Origin: an uncultured Rhodopirellula sp.
GTDB taxonomy: Bacteria; Planctomycetota; Planctomycetia; Pirellulales; Pirellulaceae
Assembly: GCA_964007735.1 (NCBI GenBank)
Contig: CAXGAI010000011.1
Location: 1 to 64,000 of the forward strand
Direction: 5' to 3'
DNA length: 64,000 nucleotides
Part shown: one piece after another, positions 10,910 to 21,218 of the stretch
Position numbering within the stretch: the first letter of the stretch is position 1
Layout of the letters: each line of letters begins with the position of its first letter
Position numbers and translations under genes: made by a program
The notes under the pieces: model-generated
Databases searched by the model: none
The model's input: the letters and a program-made list of their open reading frames with translations, nothing else
Told to the model about the DNA's origin: nothing

Positions 10910-11210
10910 ATTCCCCTTTGTTCACAGCCAGATGCTCTACTCACAATACCATGTATGCACGCTATGTCTTCATTTTGTCATTCAACTCTTTAGAAAATAC
11001 CGGACTGGAAAAACCATCGGAAACCGATGTGGTCTGTCCAAGCAAGACAAGCCTGCAACGGAAAAGTTTAATTAGATAGACAGGCCTACCGGCAGCAGTT
11101 TTTTTATTCCTACAAATTGAACTTGCTTTCATTAGGGTGTACGCTTTAATACATCGCACTCAAATTTATAAGTATTAATTCTAATTCGAACACTCGAAGG
11201 GGTTTTTAGA

Positions 11211-12602
11211 ATGACTAAACGTCAACAACGACGTGACTTCATGAAGCTTACCGCAGCAGCAAGTACTGGATTCTTTGCTGCCAGCGGAGTAGAGCTAAAA
11301 GCAAGCACGTCTGCCAATGAAGTGATCCGATGGGCCTGTGTCGGGGTCGGTGGTAAAGGTACCAGCGATTCCAATGATGCTGCTCGTCATGGTGAAATCG
11401 TCGCAATCTGTGATATCGATGACGGCAACCTAAACAAAGCGGCCGATAAATGGCCCAAAGCGAAAAAGTTCCATGACTATCGCAAGATGTTTGAGGAAGC
11501 AGTCGATAGCTTTGACGGAGTTACGGTAAGTACGCCTGACCACAATCACGCTCCTGCCGCTGCTCTCGCCCTCAAGGCTAAAAAGCATACTTTCACTCAG
11601 AAGCCTCTGACTCACACCATTCAGGAAGCTCGTCATCTTGGCGACCTGGCAAAAGAAGCTGGTGTTCAGACTCAAATGGGTAACCAAGGGACAGCGTCCA
11701 GCAACCTTCGTCGTAGTGCTGCCCTCCTTCGTAATGGGCTGGTAGGAACCGTCAAGGAAGTACACGTATGGACAAATCGACCGGTTTGGCCTCAAGGTGG
11801 CGGACGTCCAACAGACACTCCCGCCATTCCTGACCACATTCACTGGCCAGAATTCCTGGGTCCTGCAAAGCATCGTCCCTACCACCCGTCCTACACCCCG
11901 TTTAAGTGGCGTGGTTGGTGGGACTTCGGAACTGGTGCACTGGGAGACATGGCTTGCCATACTTTAAACATGCCCTTTATGGGACTCGACCTGTTTGACC
12001 CCACCAGCGTGGTAGCTGAAACTAGTGGTCACAACAAAGAAACTTATCCGGCAAAGTGCAAGATCACCTTTGAATTCCCGGAATACAAAGGCCGTCCTGC
12101 TCTGACCATGTACTGGTACGATGGTGGTGAAAAACCAGATCGTGCACTGTTCCCAAAACGCAGTCAGTTTAAGGATAAGAATGGGAAAGAAATCGTTGCT
12201 GACACGAAGGCTTACGCCCGTCTGCTGAACACCGGCTCACTGATTGTTGGTGACAAGGGTTCATTCTTCTCACCTGGCGATTATGGTCAGGACGCTCGTC
12301 ACACGGGTGTACTTGAGGGTGACAAATTCACCTTGGTCGGCGATGTCAGTCAGGAAGTCGAATTTCCGGAATCCCCAGGTCACTTCACCGAATTGGCAAA
12401 CGCCATCAAAGGTGGACCGGCTCCGATCTCCAACTTCCCAAACTACGCCGGACCTCTTACCGAAACGATCCTTCTGGGCAACCTCGCTGTGTATGCTGAT
12501 GGTAAGAAGATCGAATGGGATGCGAAAAACATGGTGCCAACCAATGCGCCAGAAGTCGCTCACATTGTTCGTAAAGAGTACCACAACGGATATGGAATCT
12601 AA
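11211..12602 (+). CDS. Tat-exported Gfo/Idh/MocA family oxidoreductase
   Basis: Tat motif RRDFMK; VGVGGKG; STPDHNH; QKPL; WRGWWDFGTGALGDMACH. Confidence 0.9.
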   Translation: MTKRQQRRDFMKLTAAASTGFFAASGVELKASTSANEVIRWACVGVGGKGTSDSNDAARHGEIVAICDIDDGNLNKAADKWPKAKKFHDYRKMFEEAVDSFDGVTVSTPDHNHAPAAALALKAKKHTFTQKPLTHTIQEARHLGDLAKEAGVQTQMGNQGTASSNLRRSAALLRNGLVGTVKEVHVWTNRPVWPQGGGRPTDTPAIPDHIHWPEFLGPAKHRPYHPSYTPFKWRGWWDFGTGALGDMACHTLNMPFMGLDLFDPTSVVAETSGHNKETYPAKCKITFEFPEYKGRPALTMYWYDGGEKPDRALFPKRSQFKDKNGKEIVADTKAYARLLNTGSLIVGDKGSFFSPGDYGQDARHTGVLEGDKFTLVGDVSQEVEFPESPGHFTELANAIKGGPAPISNFPNYAGPLTETILLGNLAVYADGKKIEWDAKNMVPTNAPEVAHIVRKEYHNGYGI

Positions 12603-12643
12603 GATTCTTAGTTCGACTGTGGTTTGACTTAGCTACACGCCAC

Positions 12644-12681
12644 GGCCGTGAATACCACTTGGTATTCACGGCCTTTTTTTT
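12644..12681 (+). terminator. Intrinsic terminator
   Basis: Perfect 13-bp stem GGCCGTGAATACC-actt-GGTATTCACGGCC followed by T8. Confidence 0.9.
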
Positions 12682-12758
12682 ATGCCATAATTACTTCCAC
12701 AGACAGCACTCCGGTGTTGTTACCGCTGAAGACTCACAACTTTGATCACAGGTGAACC

Positions 12759-13334
12759 ATGGCAAAAGTACTGATGCCGTTAGGAGATGCTACTGAAGCT
12801 CTCGATACGTTTTACCCCTTCTTTCGTCTGAAGGAGGCTGGTTATGAAGTTATCGTCGCCGGCCCGGAAGCCCGTCTATATCACACCGTACTGCACGAAA
12901 TCCCACCAGATTCCAGTATTCCATGGGATATTACTCAGGAACGACCTGCTTACTTCATCAAAGCTGACGTTGCGTTCAAGGACATTCACCCGGACGATTA
13001 TGCCGGTATCTTCATTTCAGGTGGGCGCGCTCCCGAGTATATTCGCTATGACGAAGATCTAAACCGCGTGGTGAAGGCTATTCACGATGCCGGTAAACCA
13101 GTTGCCAGTGTCTGCCATGGTATCGAAATCCTCACATCAGCCGGTATCATCAACGGTCGCAATGTAACGACCGTTGCCAAGTGTGCCATGGATGCTGAGC
13201 AGGGTGGAGGAAATTATGTGGATCAGGAAACCGTCGTCGATGGAAATATCGTTTCGGCGAGAACATGGCACGATAACGCTCCACTAATGAGAACCTTTTT
13301 GGAAATGCTGGATGCGGGAAGCAGTTCCAGATAA
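12759..13334 (+). CDS. DJ-1/PfpI family protein
   Basis: SGGRAPEY and nucleophile elbow SVCHG; VVDGNIVSARTW. Confidence 0.9.
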   Translation: MAKVLMPLGDATEALDTFYPFFRLKEAGYEVIVAGPEARLYHTVLHEIPPDSSIPWDITQERPAYFIKADVAFKDIHPDDYAGIFISGGRAPEYIRYDEDLNRVVKAIHDAGKPVASVCHGIEILTSAGIINGRNVTTVAKCAMDAEQGGGNYVDQETVVDGNIVSARTWHDNAPLMRTFLEMLDAGSSSR

Positions 13335-13366
13335 CACGACGCATTGACCAAAAGGAGCAAACAACC

Positions 13367-14464
13367 ATGACCATGCGATTTGTAATGATTGGCGGATTTT
13401 TGGGGGCCGGTAAAACGACGACCATTGGAAGACTGGCTACACTCTATCAAGCTCAGGGGCTTAAAGTCGGGATCGTTACCAATGACCAGGCCTCCGATCT
13501 CGTCGACACCCACACCTTGCGGAATCAGGGTTTTGATGTCGGGGAAGTTGCCGGAGCTTGCTTTTGCTGCCACTTTAATGAACTGACGGCTACTACCTCT
13601 CAACTTAGCGCCGAGCACTATCCCGATGTAATCATCGCTGAACCGGTTGGCAGTTGTACCGATTTGGTGGCCACCGTTATTCAGCCTCTTAAACATTTAC
13701 ATCAGGATCAGTTTGAAGTTGCTCCCTATGGCGTCATTCTCAAACCCAGCCATGGCCGCCGAATCCTAAAAGGGGAGGCCAACTCGGGCTTCTCCCCAAA
13801 AGCAGCCTATATCTTCGAAAAGCAACTTGAAGAAGCAGACTTTCTCATCCTCAATCGAATTGACGAGCTTACCAGCGATGAGATCGAGGAGTTGGAATCA
13901 TTGCTTGCCGAAAAACATCCCGACATTCCAGTCGTCAAGATCTCCGCTAAAACCGGGGACGGAATGCAGCAACTGCTGAAACAAATGGAGAAGCCGGGGG
14001 AATATGGAAATCGGATTCTGGAACTCGATTACGATATTTATGCCGAAGGGGAAGCTGAGCTTGGATGGCTCAATAGCAGCCTCAAAGTAACCGCCATTCC
14101 AGCCTTTGAACTGGATGCACTATTGTTGGATCTCATCGAACGCATGCGAATCCGACTTGCAGAGCTCAATGCTGAAACAGCGCATCTCAAAACGATTGGG
14201 GTCGGAGATGCGGCGCACGCCGTGGCAAACCTCATCAGCGGGGACACCCCCGCCCAAATTTCTTTGGCTAGCAACCGTCAAGTGACACAGGCCGATATTA
14301 TTGTGAATGCCCGAGTGGCAATTGCGCCGGAAATTTTAGCCGACTTGGTACAGGATTGTGTAAATTTATCCGTGACAGCTATAAAGGGAACCGTTGAGTT
14401 CGGAGAGACGCAATGTTTCCGTCCGGGCAGACCCGTCCCTACCCATCGTTACCAACCACGCTAG
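13367..14464 (+). CDS. CobW-like G3E-family GTPase (putative metallochaperone)
   Basis: Walker A GGFLGAGKTT, metal motif GACFCC, EPVGSC, NRID, SAKTG. Confidence 0.85.
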   Translation: MTMRFVMIGGFLGAGKTTTIGRLATLYQAQGLKVGIVTNDQASDLVDTHTLRNQGFDVGEVAGACFCCHFNELTATTSQLSAEHYPDVIIAEPVGSCTDLVATVIQPLKHLHQDQFEVAPYGVILKPSHGRRILKGEANSGFSPKAAYIFEKQLEEADFLILNRIDELTSDEIEELESLLAEKHPDIPVVKISAKTGDGMQQLLKQMEKPGEYGNRILELDYDIYAEGEAELGWLNSSLKVTAIPAFELDALLLDLIERMRIRLAELNAETAHLKTIGVGDAAHAVANLISGDTPAQISLASNRQVTQADIIVNARVAIAPEILADLVQDCVNLSVTAIKGTVEFGETQCFRPGRPVPTHRYQPR

Positions 14465-14579
14465 CTGGAGAATACAGGCTTAAGGTTTTGGTAATTTAGT
14501 CTCTGCCCCTTCTTGATTTTTCCGTTCATTCAGCCGATAACAACACAACGAGTGGCAGGTCGATCCTGCAAGTCTCTCA

Positions 14580-14666
14580 GGATGGGTGGCCGAGTGGTCG
14601 AAGGCGGTAGTCTTGAAAACTACTGTACGTTGACGCGTACCCTGGGTTCGAATCCCAGCCCATCCG
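14580..14666 (+). tRNA. tRNA-Ser (anticodon TGA), long variable arm, CCA not encoded
   Basis: Acceptor stem GGATGGG/CCCATCC+G; D arm TGGCCGAGTGG; anticodon arm GTAGT-CTTGAAA-ACTAC; T arm CTGGG-TTCGAAT-CCCAG. Confidence 0.97.
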
Positions 14667-14676
14667 CTTTCATGTG

Positions 14677-14712
14677 AAAACGCCGGTTGATTAAATTCAA
14701 CGGGCGTTTTTT
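14677..14712 (+). terminator. Intrinsic terminator after tRNA-Ser
   Basis: AAAACGCC-g-GTTGA...TCAAC-g-GGCGTTTTTT hairpin with T tract. Confidence 0.75.
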
Positions 14713-14840
14713 GTTGAGAAGATAGGAAACTTGGTCAATCTATTCGCCCAATGTCTCAAAAACTAGATAGTTCGGGTTGGAAAGCCCGAAACCGATAAGG
14801 CCTACCGTTTGTTTCCATTTCCATTTTGATCATCGACCAC

Positions 14841-15089
14841 ATGCAGCTAACCGAATCAATCAGAGCTCGCGTCATCGACTTTTTTTTAGACAATGGAGCG
14901 GATGCCACGATGGAACTACAGGAGGTTATCCTCCTTTCAAACGGTCACTACGATGGAAGACGTTTCTATTGTGGAAACCTGCAGGCCGTTTGGTCGCCAC
15001 TGTCTGGTGAACTTTCACTTATGATTAAAGACGTGGAACAGGCCAGAATCAACATTAGTGGCAATGAAACCGCCACTAAGGCCGCTTAA
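14841..15089 (+). CDS. Small hypothetical protein
   Basis: 82 aa from ATG 14841, protein-like composition (ILLSNGHYDGRRF), ends in -KAA. Confidence 0.6.
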   Translation: MQLTESIRARVIDFFLDNGADATMELQEVILLSNGHYDGRRFYCGNLQAVWSPLSGELSLMIKDVEQARINISGNETATKAA

Positions 15090-15194
15090 AGGTCCAGATT
15101 CTTCAACATGAAATGTTCGCGTGCTGCTAAAATGCCTCCATGCGACACATTCCTTCGTTAGCCTCATCTAGCGTCCTTTAAGCAAACCACCGCC

Positions 15195-16325
15195 ATGCAA
15201 TATTCCTTTCGACTCGCAGAACTTCTGGGCCATATACCTGACCCCAAAAAACGTCCGGGAACGGTAAAGGCAATCGTCGAATATACGGGACTCGACCGGC
15301 ATCAGGTTTCAGCTCTACTAAAAAACGAAGTCAAATACATACCGCTGAAAGCGTTATCGCGGCTTTGTGATTATCTTGTCGAGCATGGCTATGCGAACGC
15401 CGATCAATTACCTGGCGCGCTGTTTGCGGTAGAGTCTGAGAACTTCTGGGAAATACTGGCACGCCGTCAGCGTATTGAAATCTGTTGTGGCATTCGTCGT
15501 TTTCACGACGACGGCGACGGCCCACATGGTGCCTGGCTCGTTGCTTCGGACTCGCTGCTCATGGGTGAATTACTTAATGGAATCTCTTCCCTTGGAGGAA
15601 CCTCCAAGATGAATGACTCCGAGCCGATTCCACACCCTGAGTTACTTCAGCAATCCTTGGTTTGGAGTCCCTCGGAAGAGGACCAGGCTGAAGTCTTCCG
15701 ACGTAGCGCTGAAGTCTATGATGCCTTCACACAATTTAGTTCTGACCGAGGTCTAATTGGATTAGGCTCGGTTAAAAGTAATCCCGTGGTTGAACACATC
15801 ATGGCCACCACATTTGGCTGCGAACCATTTAAGGATCAATCCAGCGTCGCAGCAGGTGTCGAACGGAGCTGTCCGTTCATGCTGCGGTATCGCGACAGTG
15901 ATCTAAAACCTGAATCATGCATGGCTGGAACGCAACTCTCAAAATCTGAACTTTCTCAGACACCTGGGATCATGTACGAGAAAGAAGACGGAACCTGGGA
16001 TATGGTTCGTTGGAATGAGGAAACAGAGGATGCTGCCATGGTGTTTTATATCCACCGTGAAGCTCTAGGACGACTGGAAATGGTGGTAGGTGGTTTCTCA
16101 GGCCGAGCTACCCGAATGCTCGCCCGAACTTTGGCCAGCCGCGGCGAAGACTTCTGGCCTCCCGTATACACCGGGCACGGCGTTCAGGTGGGAGCATTTG
16201 CGATTCAGTTCTCTTTTACCACACCAAAACAAAAGAAGCATGATATCCTACTGACCGAGCAGCCCAGCAATGTCAAGATTACGCCTTTAGACCACCATGT
16301 CATTGCTCGTCGACTGGAGAAATAG
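15195..16325 (+). CDS. Cro/C1-like HTH protein with uncharacterised C-terminal alpha/beta domain
   Basis: N-terminal VKAIVEYTGLDRHQVSALLKNEVKYIPLKALSRLCDYL HTH pattern. Confidence 0.7.
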   Translation: MQYSFRLAELLGHIPDPKKRPGTVKAIVEYTGLDRHQVSALLKNEVKYIPLKALSRLCDYLVEHGYANADQLPGALFAVESENFWEILARRQRIEICCGIRRFHDDGDGPHGAWLVASDSLLMGELLNGISSLGGTSKMNDSEPIPHPELLQQSLVWSPSEEDQAEVFRRSAEVYDAFTQFSSDRGLIGLGSVKSNPVVEHIMATTFGCEPFKDQSSVAAGVERSCPFMLRYRDSDLKPESCMAGTQLSKSELSQTPGIMYEKEDGTWDMVRWNEETEDAAMVFYIHREALGRLEMVVGGFSGRATRMLARTLASRGEDFWPPVYTGHGVQVGAFAIQFSFTTPKQKKHDILLTEQPSNVKITPLDHHVIARRLEK

Positions 16326-16326
16326 C

Positions 16327-16983
16327 CTAGCTGGCGCGACTAATCTCTGCTTGCCGAATACAATTCCGCATACGCAATGTAAGCAATTCGATGATCGCTT
16401 CGTCGGTCATTTCACTAACTTGCTCGGCTGAAATTGGTGGACCGTACACGCAACGAATTCTTTCCAGACAGGGGAGCTTTCCACCTCGCGGAAGACAATC
16501 ATAGGCACCGACAAAACCACAGGGTATTAAAGGCACCTTGGACCGGCGTGCCAAGGTAATGAAACCACTCTTGAGATTCTGCAATTCCCCCGTCTTGGTT
16601 CTTGTTCCTTCCGGAAACATCACCACAGCTTCACCCGCCTTCAGTTTTCTTAGTGTTGACTTGATCCCTTCTATACCCATTCCATCACGATTCAGTGGAA
16701 TCGCATCAAGCATGGAAATAACGAACCCAAAAACAGGGTTTTTAAAAAGTGTCTTACGCGCCAGATAAATACAATGCCGAGACGGAGCCATCCCAACAAG
16801 TGGTGGGTCTAAGTGACTCTGATGGTTTGCACAGATAATAGCGCCACCGGACTTCGGAAGATAATGACGCCCAATGCAGTGGTACTTAAACAGTAATAAA
16901 CCAGCTAGGCGGAAAAGATACCGGAACACGGTATAACACAGAAATTTTCCCAGGGGTTTACGTGTTGTTTTCGAATCTGCCAT
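16327..16983 (-). CDS. plsC: 1-acyl-sn-glycerol-3-phosphate acyltransferase (PlsC family)
   Basis: NHQSHLD and FPEGTR motifs; downstream of cmk. Confidence 0.88.
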   Translation of the reverse strand: MADSKTTRKPLGKFLCYTVFRYLFRLAGLLLFKYHCIGRHYLPKSGGAIICANHQSHLDPPLVGMAPSRHCIYLARKTLFKNPVFGFVISMLDAIPLNRDGMGIEGIKSTLRKLKAGEAVVMFPEGTRTKTGELQNLKSGFITLARRSKVPLIPCGFVGAYDCLPRGGKLPCLERIRCVYGPPISAEQVSEMTDEAIIELLTLRMRNCIRQAEISRAS

Positions 16984-17068
16984 AAATGCTGCGAAAATTC
17001 CTACGACTGAAAACTAGAGAGCAGCCGATCTCAAACTTAGATTACTATAACATGCTCAGCAATGGGTG

Positions 17069-17716
17069 TTACATACGAATACGAACCAGTCGTTCCAAGT
17101 GCTCAACAACTTCAAATGGACGCATACCATCGGTAATCACGTGCAGAGCATCCGCAGCAGCCTTCAACCCCCCTACTTCACGAGCTTCATCCTGCCGGTC
17201 GCGGAGATTCTGTTGTTCCAGTATTTCTTCAGTTGTGACGTCTTGACCGGCCTGCCGCATTTGTTCGACTCGCCGACGCGCTCGTTCCTCGGCACTCGCT
17301 GACAAAAAGATCTTGCATTCCGCCTCTGGGAATGCCACGGTACCCTGATCTCGCCCTTCGGTCACCACATCATCTTCGGAAGCCAATTTTCGCTGTAAAG
17401 CGACCATTGCTTCTCGAACCTTCAAATTGTCAGCCGCATAATGAATTAATGCCGTGACTTCAGGCGAGCGGATTTCGGAACCCACGTCCTCTCCGTCAAG
17501 TAAAACGAGTGTACCATCAAACTCAAGAACGAGCTCATTCGCAATTTGTGCTAACCCATCCTCATCTTTCCAATCCACTTTCTGCCGTCTACCCTGCAAT
17601 ACCACACAACGATACATCGCTCCCGTATCCAGAAAGTCAAAGTCGAGCTTTTGGGCAAGCATTCGGGCTACGGTACTCTTCCCTGCTCCGGCCGGTCCAT
17701 CAATTGTCACAATCAT
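17069..17716 (-). CDS. cmk: Cytidylate kinase
   Basis: IDGPAGAGKST, LDTGAMYR, EGRDQGTVAFP. Confidence 0.96.
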   Translation of the reverse strand: MIVTIDGPAGAGKSTVARMLAQKLDFDFLDTGAMYRCVVLQGRRQKVDWKDEDGLAQIANELVLEFDGTLVLLDGEDVGSEIRSPEVTALIHYAADNLKVREAMVALQRKLASEDDVVTEGRDQGTVAFPEAECKIFLSASAEERARRRVEQMRQAGQDVTTEEILEQQNLRDRQDEAREVGGLKAAADALHVITDGMRPFEVVEHLERLVRIRM

Positions 17717-17750
17717 GAGATACCTTTTTGGTTATCTGGCTTGAGCCATG

Positions 17751-20567
17751 TTAGAACCGGGCCTCTAACTCAACCCATTCATTGGCGGTTAACTGCAAAA
17801 CAACTCGTCCTTCATCCAGATCACACTCGGCAATCTTTTCACCATTTAGCTTAAACTGGGTTGCAGCCGTGACCGCCCGACAACTCGTTAATCTTGCACG
17901 CACGGGCCGTCCTGCACTCTCCATAAGACGGACTTTGTAACCTACTAACAGATTATCTTCATGCATTGGCTCCCAGCGTGTAACAATTACATTCTTGGCA
18001 TCGACATGTAACAAAGAACTGGAGGACTGGCCGGCTGGCGGGGCCGCAGTTTCATTGACCACGATTGGCTTCATTCCGAACTGCCGCGCATAATGCACCG
18101 GCTGAGGCAGATCTAAACCGATCCCCAGTTGGAACCGGCGGTTCGTCTCACCACTAACTATCAAGATAGAATCCAGAAATCGACGTCCGACACGTCGATG
18201 AAACGGCAAACCACCTGTTAAAAGAGCTGTCTTCTTCTCTGATTCCACTTCCAGATACTGAGGGGCTTCTAAACGACTCCCTGAAGCACGTTGGCGCACA
18301 TCATTGACCGTACGGTAAACACTTGCCGCCTCATTATCCCAGGCATAACGCAGGCAATAATATGAATTCCATGGATTGTTCTTGGGTTGCTCCTCAATCT
18401 CCAGCTCAATATCAAGATTCAAGACTCGTGAGCCACGTCGCAAGGAGAGTACTTGCGTGTATCGAGCAAGTAGGTCCCCTGCCCGACTCATGATACGACC
18501 GACTACCGTAATTTCACCATACACCGAAGTGCTTGCGGTAACTTCAACGGAGTCAGCCGCCATCACCGAATAGTTCGCTAAATCATCCACTTCGGCCGGA
18601 CGCCCCGACTTCTTACGCACCGGTCGTCGATATGCTAACTGAAATGACCCCCGATTGTGGCGAGGTGCGTCATACGAATTAATTGACTGGATACCTCCGC
18701 TTGTTTCGTTGACAAGCACTTCAAAAAAGTCGTTTTTAAGAATGTTCTTGTCCGCGATAACCGGCCCGGATTTTTCACGTTTTTTACCGGCCGATAACCA
18801 TGTAAATCCAAGCGACGGTGTATCAACGACAACCTGTTTTACATCTCCACTCGAAGCTGCCGCGTAAATTGGCTTTTCGAGAGCGGGAATATTCAATAAA
18901 TCTGCATTGTCCACATCAAGTCGCCGAGTTGAACCATAGGGGTTAAAGACTATGGTCCCCGGAATCGCCTCCCCGTCGCGAGGAACAGCTGCTGCCAAAG
19001 CCAGTCCGATCTGCATTTCAAGCTCGGTCACAGTTTGTTCCAGTGTCTCGAGACTACTCTCCACCTCTTCATCAATAAGAATCTGACTTAAGCCCGCCAA
19101 GTGTTCGCGTGATGAATCTACACCTTCGAGCGTTTCGGATCCCATCAGACTTAGCATAAGGTTCGAACCTTCAAGCAATTCGAGACGGTTATTAAGACGC
19201 CAGTATCTAACCGACCGCGAAACCGGGTTGGAGATAGATTTGATCATCGCTTGTTTTAGATAAGGAGCTTGGTACTGATCTCCTTCGAAACGTTCGTTCA
19301 TCCCTGGAAGATCGGTGTCTCTGAAATATTCTTCCAGTGTCACAAAGCGCCCTAGTGCATTGGTATACCTGGCTGCTCGGCGCATATCTTTATACCATGG
19401 TAAAACCTGTCCCGGCCAATGTGCCAGACAAAGCGTGGCGACATGATCCATATCCATGGTTTCGCCGAGTCGATTTGAAAGCCCCAGAAATGTTTCATGC
19501 CGGTTGGCATTAAGAGGAATACGGGCAATACAATCAAGTTGTGAATTCTCCACTCCTTCCCAGCGAGTTTTTGCTTGCGAGCTTTCCGGGTAGCTTCCTT
19601 CTCCCAAAAGGAAGTGCAATGCTCCGTCATACCCTAATTGCTTTAGCCATTGTGGATGGTTAGGCGTGATTCCAAAATCCTTACGACCATACACTTTTGG
19701 CACATCGCCAAAGGCCTGCTGATAGGCTAGTTGTCCTGTGAGCAATGATTCCCTAACGGCTTCAGCGGGCAATATTGTATTTGGGATATTCTCAGCTTCG
19801 CAACACATTACGCTCAAAGTCTGATCGGCTAGCCGTTGACGCACAAGATCGGCAGCTACCGCCGTCTCTTGCAAATCCCGATAGAGCGACGGGGAAATCA
19901 ACAGGTTGGTAGGTGGAGAGTCCGTTAGTTCTTCACGTAACATCTCCCCCAAGGTGGATTCAGCAATCATATTGACATCCACGAGATAGGCGTCGACCGA
20001 ATAGTAATGGTCACGCTCGGTTGATAGCAAGTCAAAGGCGGACTGAATCTTTTCCTCAGCCTGTTTAATCTCACCCGCTACTGCAAATCCAGCCGCTTCA
20101 CAAACCGTATTCTCAAAATGAATTTCATCAAGATTACTGGCATACCGCATTTGTCGTGTTAGCAGTTCAATCTGCAGGTAGAAGTAACCAAGAGCAAGAA
20201 AATCATCGACTAGCTCCTGTGGAATAAACGGCACTTCGAGCCCTTCCAACGCCAAACGGATGATCTCTTGACGACAAGTCTGACGGCTGATGACTCGTGC
20301 TCCCGCATCTTCCGCTCTTTGCAAATAACCTGTTTGTAAGTTATCTGCACTGGCTGTTGGCACAACGATTAATTTATCGAGCAGTTCTTCGGGAGGATCA
20401 TCAACACGATGCCACTTAATAATCCCTCGGGCTTCATGAATCAAAAACGGATGCCAAAGCCCTGTCCAGCTAGCGAGTAGGCTCGCTGCATCATCCCCTT
20501 CATGGTAGGTCGGAAAATCTTCCAAGCTGTGGCAAGACAGCAGGATTGAGAGTTCTTTATAGGGCAT
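17751..20567 (-). CDS. Large protein with GH38 (alpha-mannosidase)-like architecture; activity uncertain
   Basis: GH38-like middle/C-terminal patterns IVFNP, DTPSLGF, LKNDFFEVLVNETSGGIQSI; no signal peptide. Start set at MPYKEL. Confidence 0.55.
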   Translation of the reverse strand: MPYKELSILLSCHSLEDFPTYHEGDDAASLLASWTGLWHPFLIHEARGIIKWHRVDDPPEELLDKLIVVPTASADNLQTGYLQRAEDAGARVISRQTCRQEIIRLALEGLEVPFIPQELVDDFLALGYFYLQIELLTRQMRYASNLDEIHFENTVCEAAGFAVAGEIKQAEEKIQSAFDLLSTERDHYYSVDAYLVDVNMIAESTLGEMLREELTDSPPTNLLISPSLYRDLQETAVAADLVRQRLADQTLSVMCCEAENIPNTILPAEAVRESLLTGQLAYQQAFGDVPKVYGRKDFGITPNHPQWLKQLGYDGALHFLLGEGSYPESSQAKTRWEGVENSQLDCIARIPLNANRHETFLGLSNRLGETMDMDHVATLCLAHWPGQVLPWYKDMRRAARYTNALGRFVTLEEYFRDTDLPGMNERFEGDQYQAPYLKQAMIKSISNPVSRSVRYWRLNNRLELLEGSNLMLSLMGSETLEGVDSSREHLAGLSQILIDEEVESSLETLEQTVTELEMQIGLALAAAVPRDGEAIPGTIVFNPYGSTRRLDVDNADLLNIPALEKPIYAAASSGDVKQVVVDTPSLGFTWLSAGKKREKSGPVIADKNILKNDFFEVLVNETSGGIQSINSYDAPRHNRGSFQLAYRRPVRKKSGRPAEVDDLANYSVMAADSVEVTASTSVYGEITVVGRIMSRAGDLLARYTQVLSLRRGSRVLNLDIELEIEEQPKNNPWNSYYCLRYAWDNEAASVYRTVNDVRQRASGSRLEAPQYLEVESEKKTALLTGGLPFHRRVGRRFLDSILIVSGETNRRFQLGIGLDLPQPVHYARQFGMKPIVVNETAAPPAGQSSSSLLHVDAKNVIVTRWEPMHEDNLLVGYKVRLMESAGRPVRARLTSCRAVTAATQFKLNGEKIAECDLDEGRVVLQLTANEWVELEARF

Positions 20568-20793
20568 CTCTGAGCAACCGTTGCGTGTAGTGTCTAAATG
20601 ATAATCGCGCCAATTCGGCCGATAGATTAAAGACAAGGCACTGAAATCCATTGTCTTCAGATAACCTGTCTATGACATTATTTGCTCATCTTACGTTCAC
20701 TGCCATACGTTGCCTCGTGATTTCAGCAGTTTAGTCAACTGAATCAACTACTATTACGAACTCGATTTAGCCCAAGATTACCAGCTAAATTAA

Positions 20794-20823
20794 TTGACAC
20801 TAAAACAGAGGCTTAACTAAATT
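20794..20823 (+). promoter_or_regulatory. Candidate sigma70 promoter upstream of pilM operon
   Basis: TTGACA-N18-TAAATT in an AT-rich divergent intergenic region. Confidence 0.4.
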
Positions 20824-21218
20824 AATAGTAAGTAACATGAGTTTTTGTGGGAACTATCAGTGGTTATATATTGTCAAAGTCAGTAATGCGGAATCATTCA
20901 TTTATCAACTTATCTTAAAACCGCTAACGGCAAAGCCCCTTTTAGACCACTACAATGGCGTTGTAATCGGTATAATTACTCTGTTCTGAGTAAATTACTA
21001 TCCGAATTTGTGATGGACATAACGACTGTAGGACGTGTAATATCCGAACAATTCTGATATCAGAATCCAAGAGGCTTCTGGTCGATAGAGTTGGTATGGT
21101 AGTGCGCGCCTGTAATCGAGGTTCGAATATCAGACAAGAACTACAAACAAGTTAATTACATTGCTTAAATAACGAACCGGCAACCTGTCGTTCGAATTGA
21201 TGTTTGGAAAGGGTCCTA

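Noticed and set aside
14580..16325. Genomic island integrated at tRNA-Ser
   Set aside because: No integrase, and I saw no duplicated tRNA 3' end; core genes resume immediately.
20925..21000. c-di-GMP-I riboswitch upstream of pilM (GGCAAA word)
   Set aside because: The GAAA tetraloop stem and downstream GCAAAGC/second-stem elements are not present.
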